Shown: piece after piece, positions 24,321 through 33,966 of the stretch | How the letters are laid out: the number at the start of each line of letters is the position of its first letter | How positions within the stretch are numbered: the first letter of the stretch is position 1 | Assembly: GCA_039198835.1 (NCBI GenBank) | Contig: JBCCTH010000001.1 | Coordinates: 1 to 34,916 of the forward strand | Direction: 5' to 3' | DNA: 34,916 bases | From: Pseudomonadota bacterium | GTDB taxonomy: Bacteria; Pseudomonadota; Alphaproteobacteria; Rhodobacterales; Rhodobacteraceae | Notes under the pieces: model-generated | The model's input: the letters and a program-made list of their open reading frames with translations, nothing else | Told to the model about the DNA's origin: nothing | Databases searched by the model: none | Translations under genes and position numbers: made by a program

Positions 24321-25687
24321 TCTGCTCGATCTCCCTCGGGTTTCACCCAGCCTAGCAGGAAGAGCCCCAAAAGGAAGAGCGCGATAACAGGCGAAAAGCC
24401 CAGACGGGCATCCTCAAGAAGCCATGTGAATGCGCCGATCAGCGCGGGGGCGAGAAAGGCAGTGGCTTTGCCCGATAGCGCGAAAAGGCCAAACGCTTCG
24501 GTGGGCCGTTCAGGGTGGGTATGGCGCACCATCATCGAGCGCGAGGCCGAATAGATGCCGCCGCCAGCCGCGCCAATGAGCGAGCCGCAGATGTAAAGGA
24601 TCGCATCGGGGATCGAGGAGCCTTCGGCCAGCGGTATCACGAAGGCTGTGAATTCGCGGCTCGTCGAGATGATCGCCAAGCTCACCACGATGAGCGTCCA
24701 GATGCAGACCATGATCACAGGTTTGGGGCCCCGCGCCCTATCGAAGCGGCCCGCAACCATGGTTCCGATAGCGGCGGCAATCGCGCCGATGATTCCGAAA
24801 ATCGCAACCTGTACGAGCTGCCAATCGAGCACGAGCACCGCATAAACACCCCCGAACGCATAAACCCCGTTGAGCGCGTCACGATAAAACATCGAGGCCA
24901 GGAGGAAGTTGAGCAGGCTGGAGCGCTCGAGCACGCCTTTCAGAGAGCGTTTGAGATCGCCCAGGGCGGTTTTTATCCCGCCGCCGCGATTGGGGTCGGC
25001 CTTTTCGCGCACGAAAAGGAAGTAAGGAACCATGAAGACCACAAACCAAAGGGCGATGAACGGCCCCACGGCGCGGGTCCCCTCGCGCTCAAACCCGTTG
25101 AGGCCGAAGGCGGGATCGGCCCCCAAGGCTGTTTTTCCCTCGCCCAGCTCAAAGAAGAAGACGAGCATGATAATGAGCGCCGTCACCCCGCCCCAATAGC
25201 CAATCGCCGCGCCATCGCCTGAGATCTTGCCGATCTCTTCTTGCGTGCCGAGCGACGGCAGGATCGCATTGGTAAAGATGAGCGCGAATTCGGCCGCGAT
25301 GAAAGCAATAGAGAACGCGACGAGGCAAAAGACCCAAGCCGAGCCATCGGGCACCATGAACCAGAGCATCCAGGCCCCGATCACGTAAACCGCCGAGAAG
25401 AAGACAAGCCAAGGCATCCGACGGCCCGTGCTATCGGCATAGGCCCCGAGAAGTGGCGCGGTAAAGGCGATGAAAAGCCCCGCCAAAGCCTGGCCCCATG
25501 ACCAGACCGATTGCGCGCGCGCATCCGCGGCCCCCTCCGCCAAGCCCGTCTCCATGAAATAGCCAGAGACGGTTTCGGCGAAATAGGGCCCGAAGATGAA
25601 GGTAAGCCCGAGGGTATAGAACGGTTGAGAGGCCCAATCGAAGGCCATCCACCCCCAGATGCGTTTACGTGCGCTGATCTCGGCCAT
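24290..25687 (-). CDS. MFS transporter (UMF1/Atg22-like)
   Basis: GWMAFDWASQPF, GAYADSTGRR, ASRSMM...FGLFALSGKATAF; many TM segments. Confidence 0.88.
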   Translation of the reverse strand: MAEISARKRIWGWMAFDWASQPFYTLGLTFIFGPYFAETVSGYFMETGLAEGAADARAQSVWSWGQALAGLFIAFTAPLLGAYADSTGRRMPWLVFFSAVYVIGAWMLWFMVPDGSAWVFCLVAFSIAFIAAEFALIFTNAILPSLGTQEEIGKISGDGAAIGYWGGVTALIIMLVFFFELGEGKTALGADPAFGLNGFEREGTRAVGPFIALWFVVFMVPYFLFVREKADPNRGGGIKTALGDLKRSLKGVLERSSLLNFLLASMFYRDALNGVYAFGGVYAVLVLDWQLVQVAIFGIIGAIAAAIGTMVAGRFDRARGPKPVIMVCIWTLIVVSLAIISTSREFTAFVIPLAEGSSIPDAILYICGSLIGAAGGGIYSASRSMMVRHTHPERPTEAFGLFALSGKATAFLAPALIGAFTWLLEDARLGFSPVIALFLLGLFLLGWVKPEGDRAEWSKASIPAP

Positions 25688-25755
25688 GCCCCGTGTCTCC
25701 CCGGTTTTGGCGCATAAGGCGGCGCGCGGCGGGGCGCATCAAGCAAAACCGTGCG

Positions 25756-26301
25756 TTACGTCGCGGTTTCCTCAAATGGGGGCCAGGGGCGGGTGCGATC
25801 TGCGCCGATCCAGGCGCCCGCCCAATCTGGAAGCGCGGGCGACGCCCCGAGCCCGGGCATCTCGGCTTCGAGCCGCTCTGTCATCACAGCGCGCCCGCCG
25901 GAGACGATGGCCGTGCGGAAGAGTGCATGGTTGGCGCATTCGCCGGATGTCTTGAACATCCCCTGTTCGACATAGACGAAGCGCGCATCCCAACCCAGGA
26001 CCCGCGTGCGCATTTCAAAGTGCTCAAAAGGCACCAATCGCTTGCGATAGCGCACCGATGCTCCCGCCACGGCAAAGCCCCAACCTTGCTTGCGCATCGC
26101 GTCCCAAAGCCCTGCCCGCAAGGCAAGCTGCCAGCGCCCGAACTCGTAGAGTGTCAGGATGCGACCATTGTTCAGCTCGCCGAACATGTCGCAATCAAAG
26201 AGCGAAACCCGATGGCGCGAGACATGGGTTTCAAGCGCGCCCATCGGCGTCAGACGACGCCCGCGCACCATGGTGGTGACAAATCTGATCCACGGATACA
26301 T
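25756..26301 (-). CDS. Acyl-CoA thioesterase (hotdog fold)
   Basis: MYPWIR start; DCDMFGELNNGRILTLYEFGR; VAGASVRYRKR; GWDARF. Confidence 0.85.
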   Translation of the reverse strand: MYPWIRFVTTMVRGRRLTPMGALETHVSRHRVSLFDCDMFGELNNGRILTLYEFGRWQLALRAGLWDAMRKQGWGFAVAGASVRYRKRLVPFEHFEMRTRVLGWDARFVYVEQGMFKTSGECANHALFRTAIVSGGRAVMTERLEAEMPGLGASPALPDWAGAWIGADRTRPWPPFEETAT

Positions 26302-26434
26302 GCCCCTCCAGATGCTGGCCATGACGAGCACGTCAAGCTTGCCCTTGCGGCAGGTCAGATGCTGCGCGCTTAGGCTATGCCTTGTGCGCCGCGCCCGGCG
26401 GCCCTAAATGCGCCTGACGCGTAAGGAGCCACCA

Positions 26435-26722
26435 ATGCAGAGCCTGTTTGAAATTCTCATGCTGCTTTTGGATGTAGCGACGTTTTTTATCTTCGCGCAT
26501 TTCATCATGAGTTGGCTGATTTCGTTCAATGTCCTCAATGTGCATCAGCAGCTCGTGGGCCAGATCTGGTATGGTCTCCAGCGCATCTTGCAGCCGCTTT
26601 ATGATCCGATCCGGCGCTTCCTGCCGCAGATGGGCGGGCTCGATTTCGCGCCGCGTGTGGCGCTTCATTTGATCTACGCGCTGCGGATCATTCTGGTAAA
26701 CAATGTGGGCTTCTTCATCTGA
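26435..26722 (+). CDS. yggT: YggT family membrane protein
   Basis: RBS AAGGAG; IMSWLISFNV, PLYDPIRRFLPQMGGLDFAP. Confidence 0.9.
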   Translation: MQSLFEILMLLLDVATFFIFAHFIMSWLISFNVLNVHQQLVGQIWYGLQRILQPLYDPIRRFLPQMGGLDFAPRVALHLIYALRIILVNNVGFFI

Positions 26723-26805
26723 TCTTTCGACCTGCCCCTTGTTCAGCAATTCTTAATGTGTGACTCTCCACAAAAGAGCAGTTTTTAAGAAAATCTGACA
26801 GGTGG

Positions 26806-28842
26806 ATGATGCGCGACACGCTTCGCGACGTGTTTGGCTTTGAAGCGTTCAGGCCCGGCCAGGAAGAGATCGTCGAGGCTGTGACCGCGGGCGAGGATGT
26901 TCTCGCGATCATGCCCACTGGCGGCGGCAAATCGTTGTGTTTTCAGTTGCCCGCGCTTCTGCGTGAGGGGGTGACAGTGGTGATCTCGCCGCTCATCGCG
27001 CTCATGCGCGATCAGGTGCGCGCCTTGCAGGAAGTGGGCGTTGAGGCGGGCGCGCTCACATCCGCGAACACGCCAGAGGAAAACGACGAGATCTGGCAGG
27101 CGCTCGAAGCTGGCCGCCTGAAGCTTTTATATATCGCGCCCGAGCGGCTCGCGGCGGGATCCTCGCTGGGGCTTTTGCGGCGCATCGGCGTCTCGCTCAT
27201 TGCCGTGGATGAGGCGCATTGCGTGAGCCAGTGGGGGCACGACTTCAGGCCAGACTATTTGCGCGTGGGAGAGCTGCGGCGCGCGCTCGATGTGCCGCTT
27301 GCGGCGTTCACGGCCACCGCCGATCTAGAGACCCGAGAAGAGATCACGGCAAAGCTCTTTGGCGGGAGCCAGCCGCGCGCGTTTCTCCATGGCTTCGACC
27401 GGCCCAATCTTCATCTCGCCTTTCAGCCCAAGACCAAGCCGCGTGCGCAAATCCTCGATTTCGCCACTGCGCGCAAAGGCCAATCGGGGATCGTCTATTG
27501 CGGCACCCGCGCCAAAACCGAGACGATCGCGCGCGCGCTGCGCGAAGAGGGGCTTGCCGCCTGTCATTATCACGGCGGAATGGAGGCCGAAAATCGCCGG
27601 ATCGTGGAAGCGCGGTTTCAGCGCGAGGACGAGCTCATCGTGGTGGCCACGGTGGCCTTTGGGATGGGCGTCGATAAGCCTGATATCCGCTGGGTGGCCC
27701 ATGCGGACCTGCCAAAAAGCATCGAAGCCTACTATCAGGAGATCGGGCGCGCGGGGCGCGATGGTGCGCCCGCTGAAACGCTGACGCTCTTTGGCCCTTC
27801 CGATATCGCGCTCAAGCGCCAACAGATCGATGAAAGCGCCGCGCCTTTCGAGCGAAAGGCGGCCGATCACGGACGCCTCAACGCACTCCTCGGGCTCGCG
27901 GAGGCTCTGAGCTGCCGGCGCAGGAAGCTCTTGGCCTATTTCGGCGAGGAAAGCGCGCCATGCGGAAACTGCGATCTTTGCGACAAACCCGCCGAGGTCG
28001 CTGACGGAACTACACCCGTGCGCATGGCGCTTTCGGCTATTTTGCGCACTGATGAATTCTATGGCGCGGGCCATCTCATCGACATCCTGATGGGCAACAG
28101 GACCGACCGCGTGCGCCAGAACAGCCATGACCGGCTGCCCACTTTCGCGGTTGGGCGCGACTGGTCGAAATCAGAGTGGCAGGCGATCTTTCGGCAGATG
28201 ATGGGCCATGATCTCATCCGCCCCGACCCCGAGCGCTTTGGCGCGCTGCGCATGACCGCGCGCGCCCGACCGATCTTGCGGGGCGAAGAGACGATCGAGT
28301 TGCGCTTTGATACGATCCGCGCGGCGAAAACCCGATCCGAGCCGAAGGCGCTCGTCAGCGAAGATGCCGCCCCGCTCCTGGCGCTTCTCAAAGGCAAGCG
28401 GCGCGCGCTCGCGGAAGCGCAGAAGGTTCCCGCTTATGTGATCTTCCCGGATCGCACGCTCATCGAGATGGCCGAGCATCGGCCCATGACGCTCGATGAG
28501 ATGGCGCGCATCAACGGGGTTGGCGCCAAAAAGCTCCAACGCTATGGCGATGCGTTTCTGACCGTTATCGCGTCTGATGCGCCGCCGATGCACCCCACGC
28601 GCCGCAAGCTCGCCGGAAAACGGGAAGGCGAGATGTTTGATCACCTCGTGGAAGCGCAAACAGCCTTGCAGCGCGGCCCGCTCGGCACCCAGAAGCCGCT
28701 ATCTTGCACGCAGTCGACCCTGCGCCACATTGTCGAGCGACGCCCGACGACGTTGGAAGAGCTTGAGCGCATTCAAGGCATGGGCCCGCTCAAGGCCGAG
28801 CGTTTCGGCGAAGCCTTTCTAGAGGTCCTTCGGGCGTCTTGA
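26806..28842 (+). CDS. recQ: DNA helicase RecQ with two HRDC domains
   Basis: FRPGQ, MPTGGGKSLCFQ, VDEAHCVSQWGHDFRPDY, ATVAFGMGVDK, YYQEIGRAGRDG, CRR...CGNCDLC, VPAYVIF. Confidence 0.97.
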   Translation: MMRDTLRDVFGFEAFRPGQEEIVEAVTAGEDVLAIMPTGGGKSLCFQLPALLREGVTVVISPLIALMRDQVRALQEVGVEAGALTSANTPEENDEIWQALEAGRLKLLYIAPERLAAGSSLGLLRRIGVSLIAVDEAHCVSQWGHDFRPDYLRVGELRRALDVPLAAFTATADLETREEITAKLFGGSQPRAFLHGFDRPNLHLAFQPKTKPRAQILDFATARKGQSGIVYCGTRAKTETIARALREEGLAACHYHGGMEAENRRIVEARFQREDELIVVATVAFGMGVDKPDIRWVAHADLPKSIEAYYQEIGRAGRDGAPAETLTLFGPSDIALKRQQIDESAAPFERKAADHGRLNALLGLAEALSCRRRKLLAYFGEESAPCGNCDLCDKPAEVADGTTPVRMALSAILRTDEFYGAGHLIDILMGNRTDRVRQNSHDRLPTFAVGRDWSKSEWQAIFRQMMGHDLIRPDPERFGALRMTARARPILRGEETIELRFDTIRAAKTRSEPKALVSEDAAPLLALLKGKRRALAEAQKVPAYVIFPDRTLIEMAEHRPMTLDEMARINGVGAKKLQRYGDAFLTVIASDAPPMHPTRRKLAGKREGEMFDHLVEAQTALQRGPLGTQKPLSCTQSTLRHIVERRPTTLEELERIQGMGPLKAERFGEAFLEVLRAS

Positions 28843-28890
28843 GACACCGGCGCAAGCGCCTAGGTTTGTGCTAAAGAGAAGGGGAGAGCG

Positions 28891-29679
28891 ATGCTCGTAG
28901 TGATTTCACCGGCGAAGCGGCTGGACTGGTCCGAGGTCACACACAAGGATCTCACGCGCCCTGATTTCGAGGTGGATGCGATGCGCCTCGCCAGAACCGC
29001 GCGCAATCTGACGCTGAAAGGTCTGCAAGACCTGATGGATATCTCGCCCGATCTGGCGCGTCTCAATAGAGACCGGTTCAAAGCCTTCGCGGCCGAGCCC
29101 GCGCCCGAGGCGCTGCGACCGGCCGCGTTCGCTTTTGCGGGAGACACCTATCAGGGGCTTGAAGCCGCCACGCTCTCGGAGGACGATCTGCGCTGGGCTC
29201 AAGGGCACCTGCGTATCCTGTCGGGGCTTTACGGCGTGCTGCGGCCGCTCGATGAGATCCAGGCCTACCGGCTCGAGATGGGATCAAAGCTCAAGACCCG
29301 CCGGGGCGGCTCGCTTTATGCGTATTGGGGCAAGGAGATCGGTCGGGCGCTCAAAGCCCAGGCCGAGGCCACGGGCGCGCGCCACCTGGTGAATTGCGCG
29401 AGCCAGGAGTATTTTGGCGCCGTCGATCTCAAAGCGCTGGGTTTGCCAGTCGTCACCCCTGCCTTTTATGAAGAAAAGGACGGCAAGACGAAGATGGTCA
29501 GTTTCTTTGCGAAACGCGCGCGCGGCGCGATGGCGCGGTTCATCGTCCAAAACCGCATCACCGACATGGCCGGGCTGAAAGACTTCGATCTGGGCGGATA
29601 CCGTTTCAGCGACGAGCCAAGCGAGCCAGGAACGCTCGTATTCAAGCGGCCCTACCCCGACGCCGCGAAGGCCGCTTGA
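28891..29679 (+). CDS. yaaA: Peroxide stress protein YaaA
   Basis: MLVVISPAKRLD, FAGDTYQG, ILSGLYGVLRPLD, YRLEMG, VNCASQEY, AKRARG. Confidence 0.95.
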   Translation: MLVVISPAKRLDWSEVTHKDLTRPDFEVDAMRLARTARNLTLKGLQDLMDISPDLARLNRDRFKAFAAEPAPEALRPAAFAFAGDTYQGLEAATLSEDDLRWAQGHLRILSGLYGVLRPLDEIQAYRLEMGSKLKTRRGGSLYAYWGKEIGRALKAQAEATGARHLVNCASQEYFGAVDLKALGLPVVTPAFYEEKDGKTKMVSFFAKRARGAMARFIVQNRITDMAGLKDFDLGGYRFSDEPSEPGTLVFKRPYPDAAKAA

Positions 29680-29683
29680 AGCG

Positions 29684-29728
29684 CCGCATTCTTCAAAGAA
29701 TGCGGGCCGAAATCGTTGAAGATTTCGG
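29684..29728. terminator. Twin hairpins between convergent yaaA and thiolase genes
   Basis: ccgcattct-tcaa-agaatgcgg (29684-29705) and ccgaaatc-gttgaa-gatttcgg (29707-29728). Confidence 0.6.
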
Positions 29729-29733
29729 GGCCC

Positions 29734-30909
29734 TCAGAGCCGTTCAATAGCCACTGCGATCCCCTGTCCGCCCCCGATGCACATCGTGCAAAGCGCTTTT
29801 GAGCCGCCTGTTCGCTCAAGCTCATACATCGCCTTGACCAGGATGATCGCGCCCGTCGCCCCGACCGGGTGACCGAGCGCGATGGCCCCGCCATTTGGGT
29901 TCACCTTTGAGGTGTCGAGCCCGAGCACCTTGTTGACCGCTATGGCCTGGCTCGCGAATGCCTCGTTTGATTCAATGACGTCAAAATCGTCAACGCCGAG
30001 CGCGGTCTTTTCAAGCAGTTTGCGCACCGCCGGGATCGGGCCCACCCCCATCACCTCAGGGCGCACGCCCGCATGGCCATAGCCCAGAATGCGGAATTTC
30101 GGTTTGAGCCCAGCCGCCTCCGCCGCCTCGCCGCGCGCCATGACAATCGCCGCCGCGCCGTCATTGATCCCTGATGCATTTCCCGCCGTCACCGTTCCGT
30201 CTTTCTCAAAGACCGGGCGCAGGCCCGCGAGTTTCTCGAGGCTCGTGGCCTTTGGATGTTCGTCTTTCGCGAAAGGCACCAGCTCGCGTTTCACTTTGAC
30301 ATCGACGGGCACGATCTGTTCATCGAAATAGCCGGCGCCCTGCGCAATGGCCGCGCGGTCCTGGCTTTCAAGCGCGAAGGCGTCCTGCTCTTCCCGGGTG
30401 ATCTGGTGTTCTCTTGCCACGTTCTCAGCCGTGACCCCCATATGGCCGGTGCCAAAGGGGCACGACAGCGCGCCCACCATCATGTCAACGCTCCCGACAT
30501 CGCCCATTTTCGCCCCCCAACGTTGGCTTGGCACGGTAAAGGGCGCGCGGCTCATCGTTTCGGCCCCGCCCGCCACGCCAAACGCCGCATCGCCCATCGA
30601 AAGCGCCTGCGTCATCGAGACAATCGCCTGAAGACCCGAGCCGCAGAGGCGATTGACGTTCATCGCGGGCGTCGTCTCGGCCATGCCAGCCTCCATCGCC
30701 GCCACCCGGCTCAGATACATGTCGCGCGGCTCTGTGTTGATCACATGGCCCATGGCCACCTGACCGACTTGCCCGGCGTCAACGCCCGCGCGCTCAAGCG
30801 CGGCTGCCATCGCGGCGGCGCCGAGCGCAATCGGCGGTGTTGCCGCCAATGCGCCGCCAAACGTGCCGATCGCGGTCCGTGCGCCGCCGAGGATTACGAT
30901 GTCAGTCAT
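29734..30909 (-). CDS. Acetyl-CoA C-acyltransferase (beta-ketothiolase, BktB-like)
   Basis: NRLCGSG, HMGVTAENV, TAGNASGINDGA, NEAFA, GHPVGATG, CIGGGQG; RBS AAGGAAGG. Confidence 0.93.
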   Translation of the reverse strand: MTDIVILGGARTAIGTFGGALAATPPIALGAAAMAAALERAGVDAGQVGQVAMGHVINTEPRDMYLSRVAAMEAGMAETTPAMNVNRLCGSGLQAIVSMTQALSMGDAAFGVAGGAETMSRAPFTVPSQRWGAKMGDVGSVDMMVGALSCPFGTGHMGVTAENVAREHQITREEQDAFALESQDRAAIAQGAGYFDEQIVPVDVKVKRELVPFAKDEHPKATSLEKLAGLRPVFEKDGTVTAGNASGINDGAAAIVMARGEAAEAAGLKPKFRILGYGHAGVRPEVMGVGPIPAVRKLLEKTALGVDDFDVIESNEAFASQAIAVNKVLGLDTSKVNPNGGAIALGHPVGATGAIILVKAMYELERTGGSKALCTMCIGGGQGIAVAIERL

Positions 30910-30994
30910 GGGAGCCTTCCTTGTGTCGCGCTTGGGCGACTTTTGCTTCTGGTTGGCGCAAGCTACCACGGGCCGCCACGAAAACCATGCGACC

Positions 30995-31429
30995 TCACTT
31001 CTCGATGGCGCTTGCCGCGAGAAGCTGCGCGAGCCCGTCGCGGAACGCCTTTGGGTCATCAAGGCGGGCAAAGAGCGCTTCTGCGTAATCGGATGCGTGG
31101 GGCAAGATCTTTTCAACCATCGCGCTGCCGGAAGCCGTCAATTTCAGGGCCAAAAGCCGTTTATCCGTGCCATCGGCGGCGCGTGCGATGAGCCCGCGCC
31201 CCTCAAGCCGCGCCACCGCCCGCGACACGCGCGATTTTTCCATGTCAGCGTCCCGCGCGATCTCGCGCACGCTGCAAAGGCCGGCATCGTGCAGATGCGC
31301 CAGAACGCGCCAATCAGCCACTGAGAGTTGGAAAGGCTCCGCATAGGTCTGCGCCAACCCCTCTGACAGCCGCCGCGCAAGGACCGCTATCTGGTAGGGG
31401 AGAAACTCATCGAGCTTGAAATCGGCCAT
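30995..31429 (-). CDS. MarR family transcriptional regulator
   Basis: [41 protein letters not shown]; 144 aa from ATG 31429. Confidence 0.9.
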   Translation of the reverse strand: MADFKLDEFLPYQIAVLARRLSEGLAQTYAEPFQLSVADWRVLAHLHDAGLCSVREIARDADMEKSRVSRAVARLEGRGLIARAADGTDKRLLALKLTASGSAMVEKILPHASDYAEALFARLDDPKAFRDGLAQLLAASAIEK

Positions 31430-31543
31430 GGGCCGCTTTTGCGACAGCTTGCCACGCAGAGAAAAGGGAAATCGGCACGGGCCTGTCGCTTGCGTGCTTT
31501 CCCTTGGCCCAAGGTGCTGCAATCTGAGCGCGAGGAGAGTGCC

Positions 31544-32740
31544 ATGACAGAGCGATTCCGTGCCCATATCGAAAGCGAGCTCAGCGCGATTGAAAGCGCC
31601 GGGCTGATGAAGCGCGAGCGCGCGATCATCGGGCCGCAAGGCGCGCGCATCGATGTGGGCGGGCGCGACGTCCTTAATCTTTGCGCCAACAATTATCTGG
31701 GCCTCGCCGATCATCCTGAGCTTGTCACCGCCGCCACCGAGGCGATGGATCATGGCGGCTACGGCATGGCCTCGGTGCGGTTCATCTGCGGTACGGCGGA
31801 CCGGCACGAAGCGCTGGAGGCCCGATTGGCGAGCTATCTGGGCATGGAAGACAGCATCCTCTTCGCGGCCTGCTTTGATGCCAATGGCGGCGTCTTCGAG
31901 CCGCTTTTCGGCCCAGAGGACGCAATCATCAGCGATGCGCTCAACCATGCGTCGCTCATCGACGGGATCAGGCTCTGCAAGGCGCAAAGGTTTCGCTACA
32001 AGACCAACGACATGGCCGACCTTGAGGCGCAGCTGAAAGCTGCCGGTGACGCGCGTTTTCGCGTGATCGTCACAGATGGCGTTTTCTCGATGGATGGCAC
32101 GATCGCGAACTTGCAGGAAATCACGCGCCTGGCCGGGGCCTATGATGCCATGACCCTCGTCGATGATTGCCACGCCACTGGCTTCATGGGGCCAAAAGGC
32201 GCGGGCACGCCCGCCCATTGCGGCGTGAATGTCACCCTTCTGACCGGCACGCTGGGCAAGGCGCTTGGGGGAGCGATGGGCGGTTATGTGGCTGGGCCGC
32301 GACCGCTCATCGAGATGCTGCGCCAGCGGGCCCGCCCCTATCTCTTTTCCAATGCGCTGCCGCCTGCGGTTGTCGCCGCCTCGCTCAAGGCGCTCGACAT
32401 CGTGGAGGCGCGCGATGATCTGCGCCTGCGGCTTTTCGAAAACGCCGCCTATTGGCGCGCGGGTCTGACGAAGCTCGGCTTCACCCTTTTGCCCGGCGAG
32501 CACCCGATCATTCCCGTGATGCTGGGCGAGGCGCAGCGCGCGCAAGATATGGCCGCGCGGCTTTTTGAGCTTGGCGTCTATGTCTCGGGGTTTTTCTATC
32601 CGGTGGTGCCCAAAGGCCAGGCGAGGATCAGAACGCAGATGAACGCGGCGCTGACGCGTGAAGATCTCGATCAGGGCCTTGCGGCTTTCGCCCAGGCGGG
32701 GCGTGAGCTCGGCATCATTACGCGGGCCTCCCCGGTATGA
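31544..32740 (+). CDS. kbl: 2-amino-3-ketobutyrate CoA ligase (glycine C-acetyltransferase)
   Basis: [57 protein letters not shown]. Confidence 0.96.
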   Translation: MTERFRAHIESELSAIESAGLMKRERAIIGPQGARIDVGGRDVLNLCANNYLGLADHPELVTAATEAMDHGGYGMASVRFICGTADRHEALEARLASYLGMEDSILFAACFDANGGVFEPLFGPEDAIISDALNHASLIDGIRLCKAQRFRYKTNDMADLEAQLKAAGDARFRVIVTDGVFSMDGTIANLQEITRLAGAYDAMTLVDDCHATGFMGPKGAGTPAHCGVNVTLLTGTLGKALGGAMGGYVAGPRPLIEMLRQRARPYLFSNALPPAVVAASLKALDIVEARDDLRLRLFENAAYWRAGLTKLGFTLLPGEHPIIPVMLGEAQRAQDMAARLFELGVYVSGFFYPVVPKGQARIRTQMNAALTREDLDQGLAAFAQAGRELGIITRASPV

Positions 32741-32801
32741 CCCGCGCCAGAACCACGGCCAATTCTGCGTTCAGTTCGCAAGCCCGGGCGGGAGGTGCGC
32801 C

Positions 32802-33845
32802 ATGAGCCTGACCAATACGATGCGCGCGCTTTCAAAGGACGCGCCGGGCACCGGGCTGAGCCTCGGCACCCACCCCGTGCCTGATATCGGCCCGGGCGAT
32901 GTTCTCATTCGGGTTAAGAAAACCGGTATTTGCGGCACGGACATCCACATCTGGAACTGGGATGCCTGGGCCGAGGCCACCGTGCCCACACCGATGATCA
33001 CCGGGCATGAATTCGCCGGTGAAATCGTGGATATGGGCGCGCAGGTCGAAGGGCTGACACTGGGTCAGCGGGTCAGCGGAGAGGGCCATCTCATTGGCTC
33101 GACATCGCGGCAATCGCGCGCGGGCAAGTTTCACCTCGATCCGGGAACGCGCGGGATCGGCGTCAATGAGCAGGGCGCCTTCGCGGAATATCTGCGTTTG
33201 CCGGCTTTCAACGTGGTGCCTTTGCCCGACGACATCCCCGATGAGATCGGCGCGATCCTCGATCCCTTGGGCAATGCCGTTCACACTGCGCTGAGCTTCA
33301 ATCTTCTGGGCGAGGACGTGCTCGTGACCGGCGCAGGCCCCATCGGGATCATGGCGGCCGCCGTTGCGCGCCATGCCGGGGCGCGCCACGTTGTGATCAC
33401 CGATATCAACCCGGCGCGGCTCGCGCTCGCCGCCGAGGTCGCTGATGTGGAGACGGTCAATGTCGCCGAAGAAGATCTTGCCTCGGTCATAGCCCGGCTT
33501 GGCATGAAGGAAGGCTTCGATATCGGTCTTGAGATGTCAGGCGCGCAAGTGGCGCTCGATCAGATGGTCGAGGCGCTTGTCATGGGCGGCCGCATCGCGC
33601 TTTTGGGCATTCCACCGGGCAAAAGCCCCGTTGATTGGTCCCGCATCGTCTTCAAGGCGATCACGATCAAGGGCGTCTATGGCCGCGAGATTTTCGAGAC
33701 TTGGTACAAGATGATCGCGATGCTCCAGAACGGCCTCGATATCAGCCGCGTGATCACCCACCGCTTTGCCGCCTCTGACTACGAGCAGGGTTTCGAGGTG
33801 ATGAAAAGCGGTGCCTCCGGGAAGGTTGTGCTCGATTGGGGGTAA
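32802..33845 (+). CDS. tdh: L-threonine 3-dehydrogenase
   Basis: RBS GGAGGT; [44 protein letters not shown]; follows kbl. Confidence 0.95.
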   Translation: MSLTNTMRALSKDAPGTGLSLGTHPVPDIGPGDVLIRVKKTGICGTDIHIWNWDAWAEATVPTPMITGHEFAGEIVDMGAQVEGLTLGQRVSGEGHLIGSTSRQSRAGKFHLDPGTRGIGVNEQGAFAEYLRLPAFNVVPLPDDIPDEIGAILDPLGNAVHTALSFNLLGEDVLVTGAGPIGIMAAAVARHAGARHVVITDINPARLALAAEVADVETVNVAEEDLASVIARLGMKEGFDIGLEMSGAQVALDQMVEALVMGGRIALLGIPPGKSPVDWSRIVFKAITIKGVYGREIFETWYKMIAMLQNGLDISRVITHRFAASDYEQGFEVMKSGASGKVVLDWG

Positions 33846-33915
33846 GCGCGCGTCGCACCAATCAGCTAACTTCCGGGAAACTGCCGTTTGCCTAGCGAAG
33901 CGATCAAGCGAAACA

Positions 33916-33942
33916 TTGACTTCGTTGCGCGTGCAACAATAC
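33916..33942 (+). promoter_or_regulatory. Putative hmgA promoter with palindromic operator
   Basis: TTGACT 33916-33921 followed by GTTGC-gcgt-GCAAC palindrome 33924-33937. Confidence 0.55.
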
Positions 33943-33966
33943 CGTCCTCCAGAGGAGGACACCCAG

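Noticed and set aside
28350-28842. Second HRDC domain of RecQ as a novelty
   Set aside because: Multi-HRDC RecQ proteins are already known in several bacterial groups.
30995-32545. 516-aa ORF as a large MarR fusion
   Set aside because: The N-terminal 372 codons are antisense to kbl and its promoter region; only the last 144 aa are MarR.
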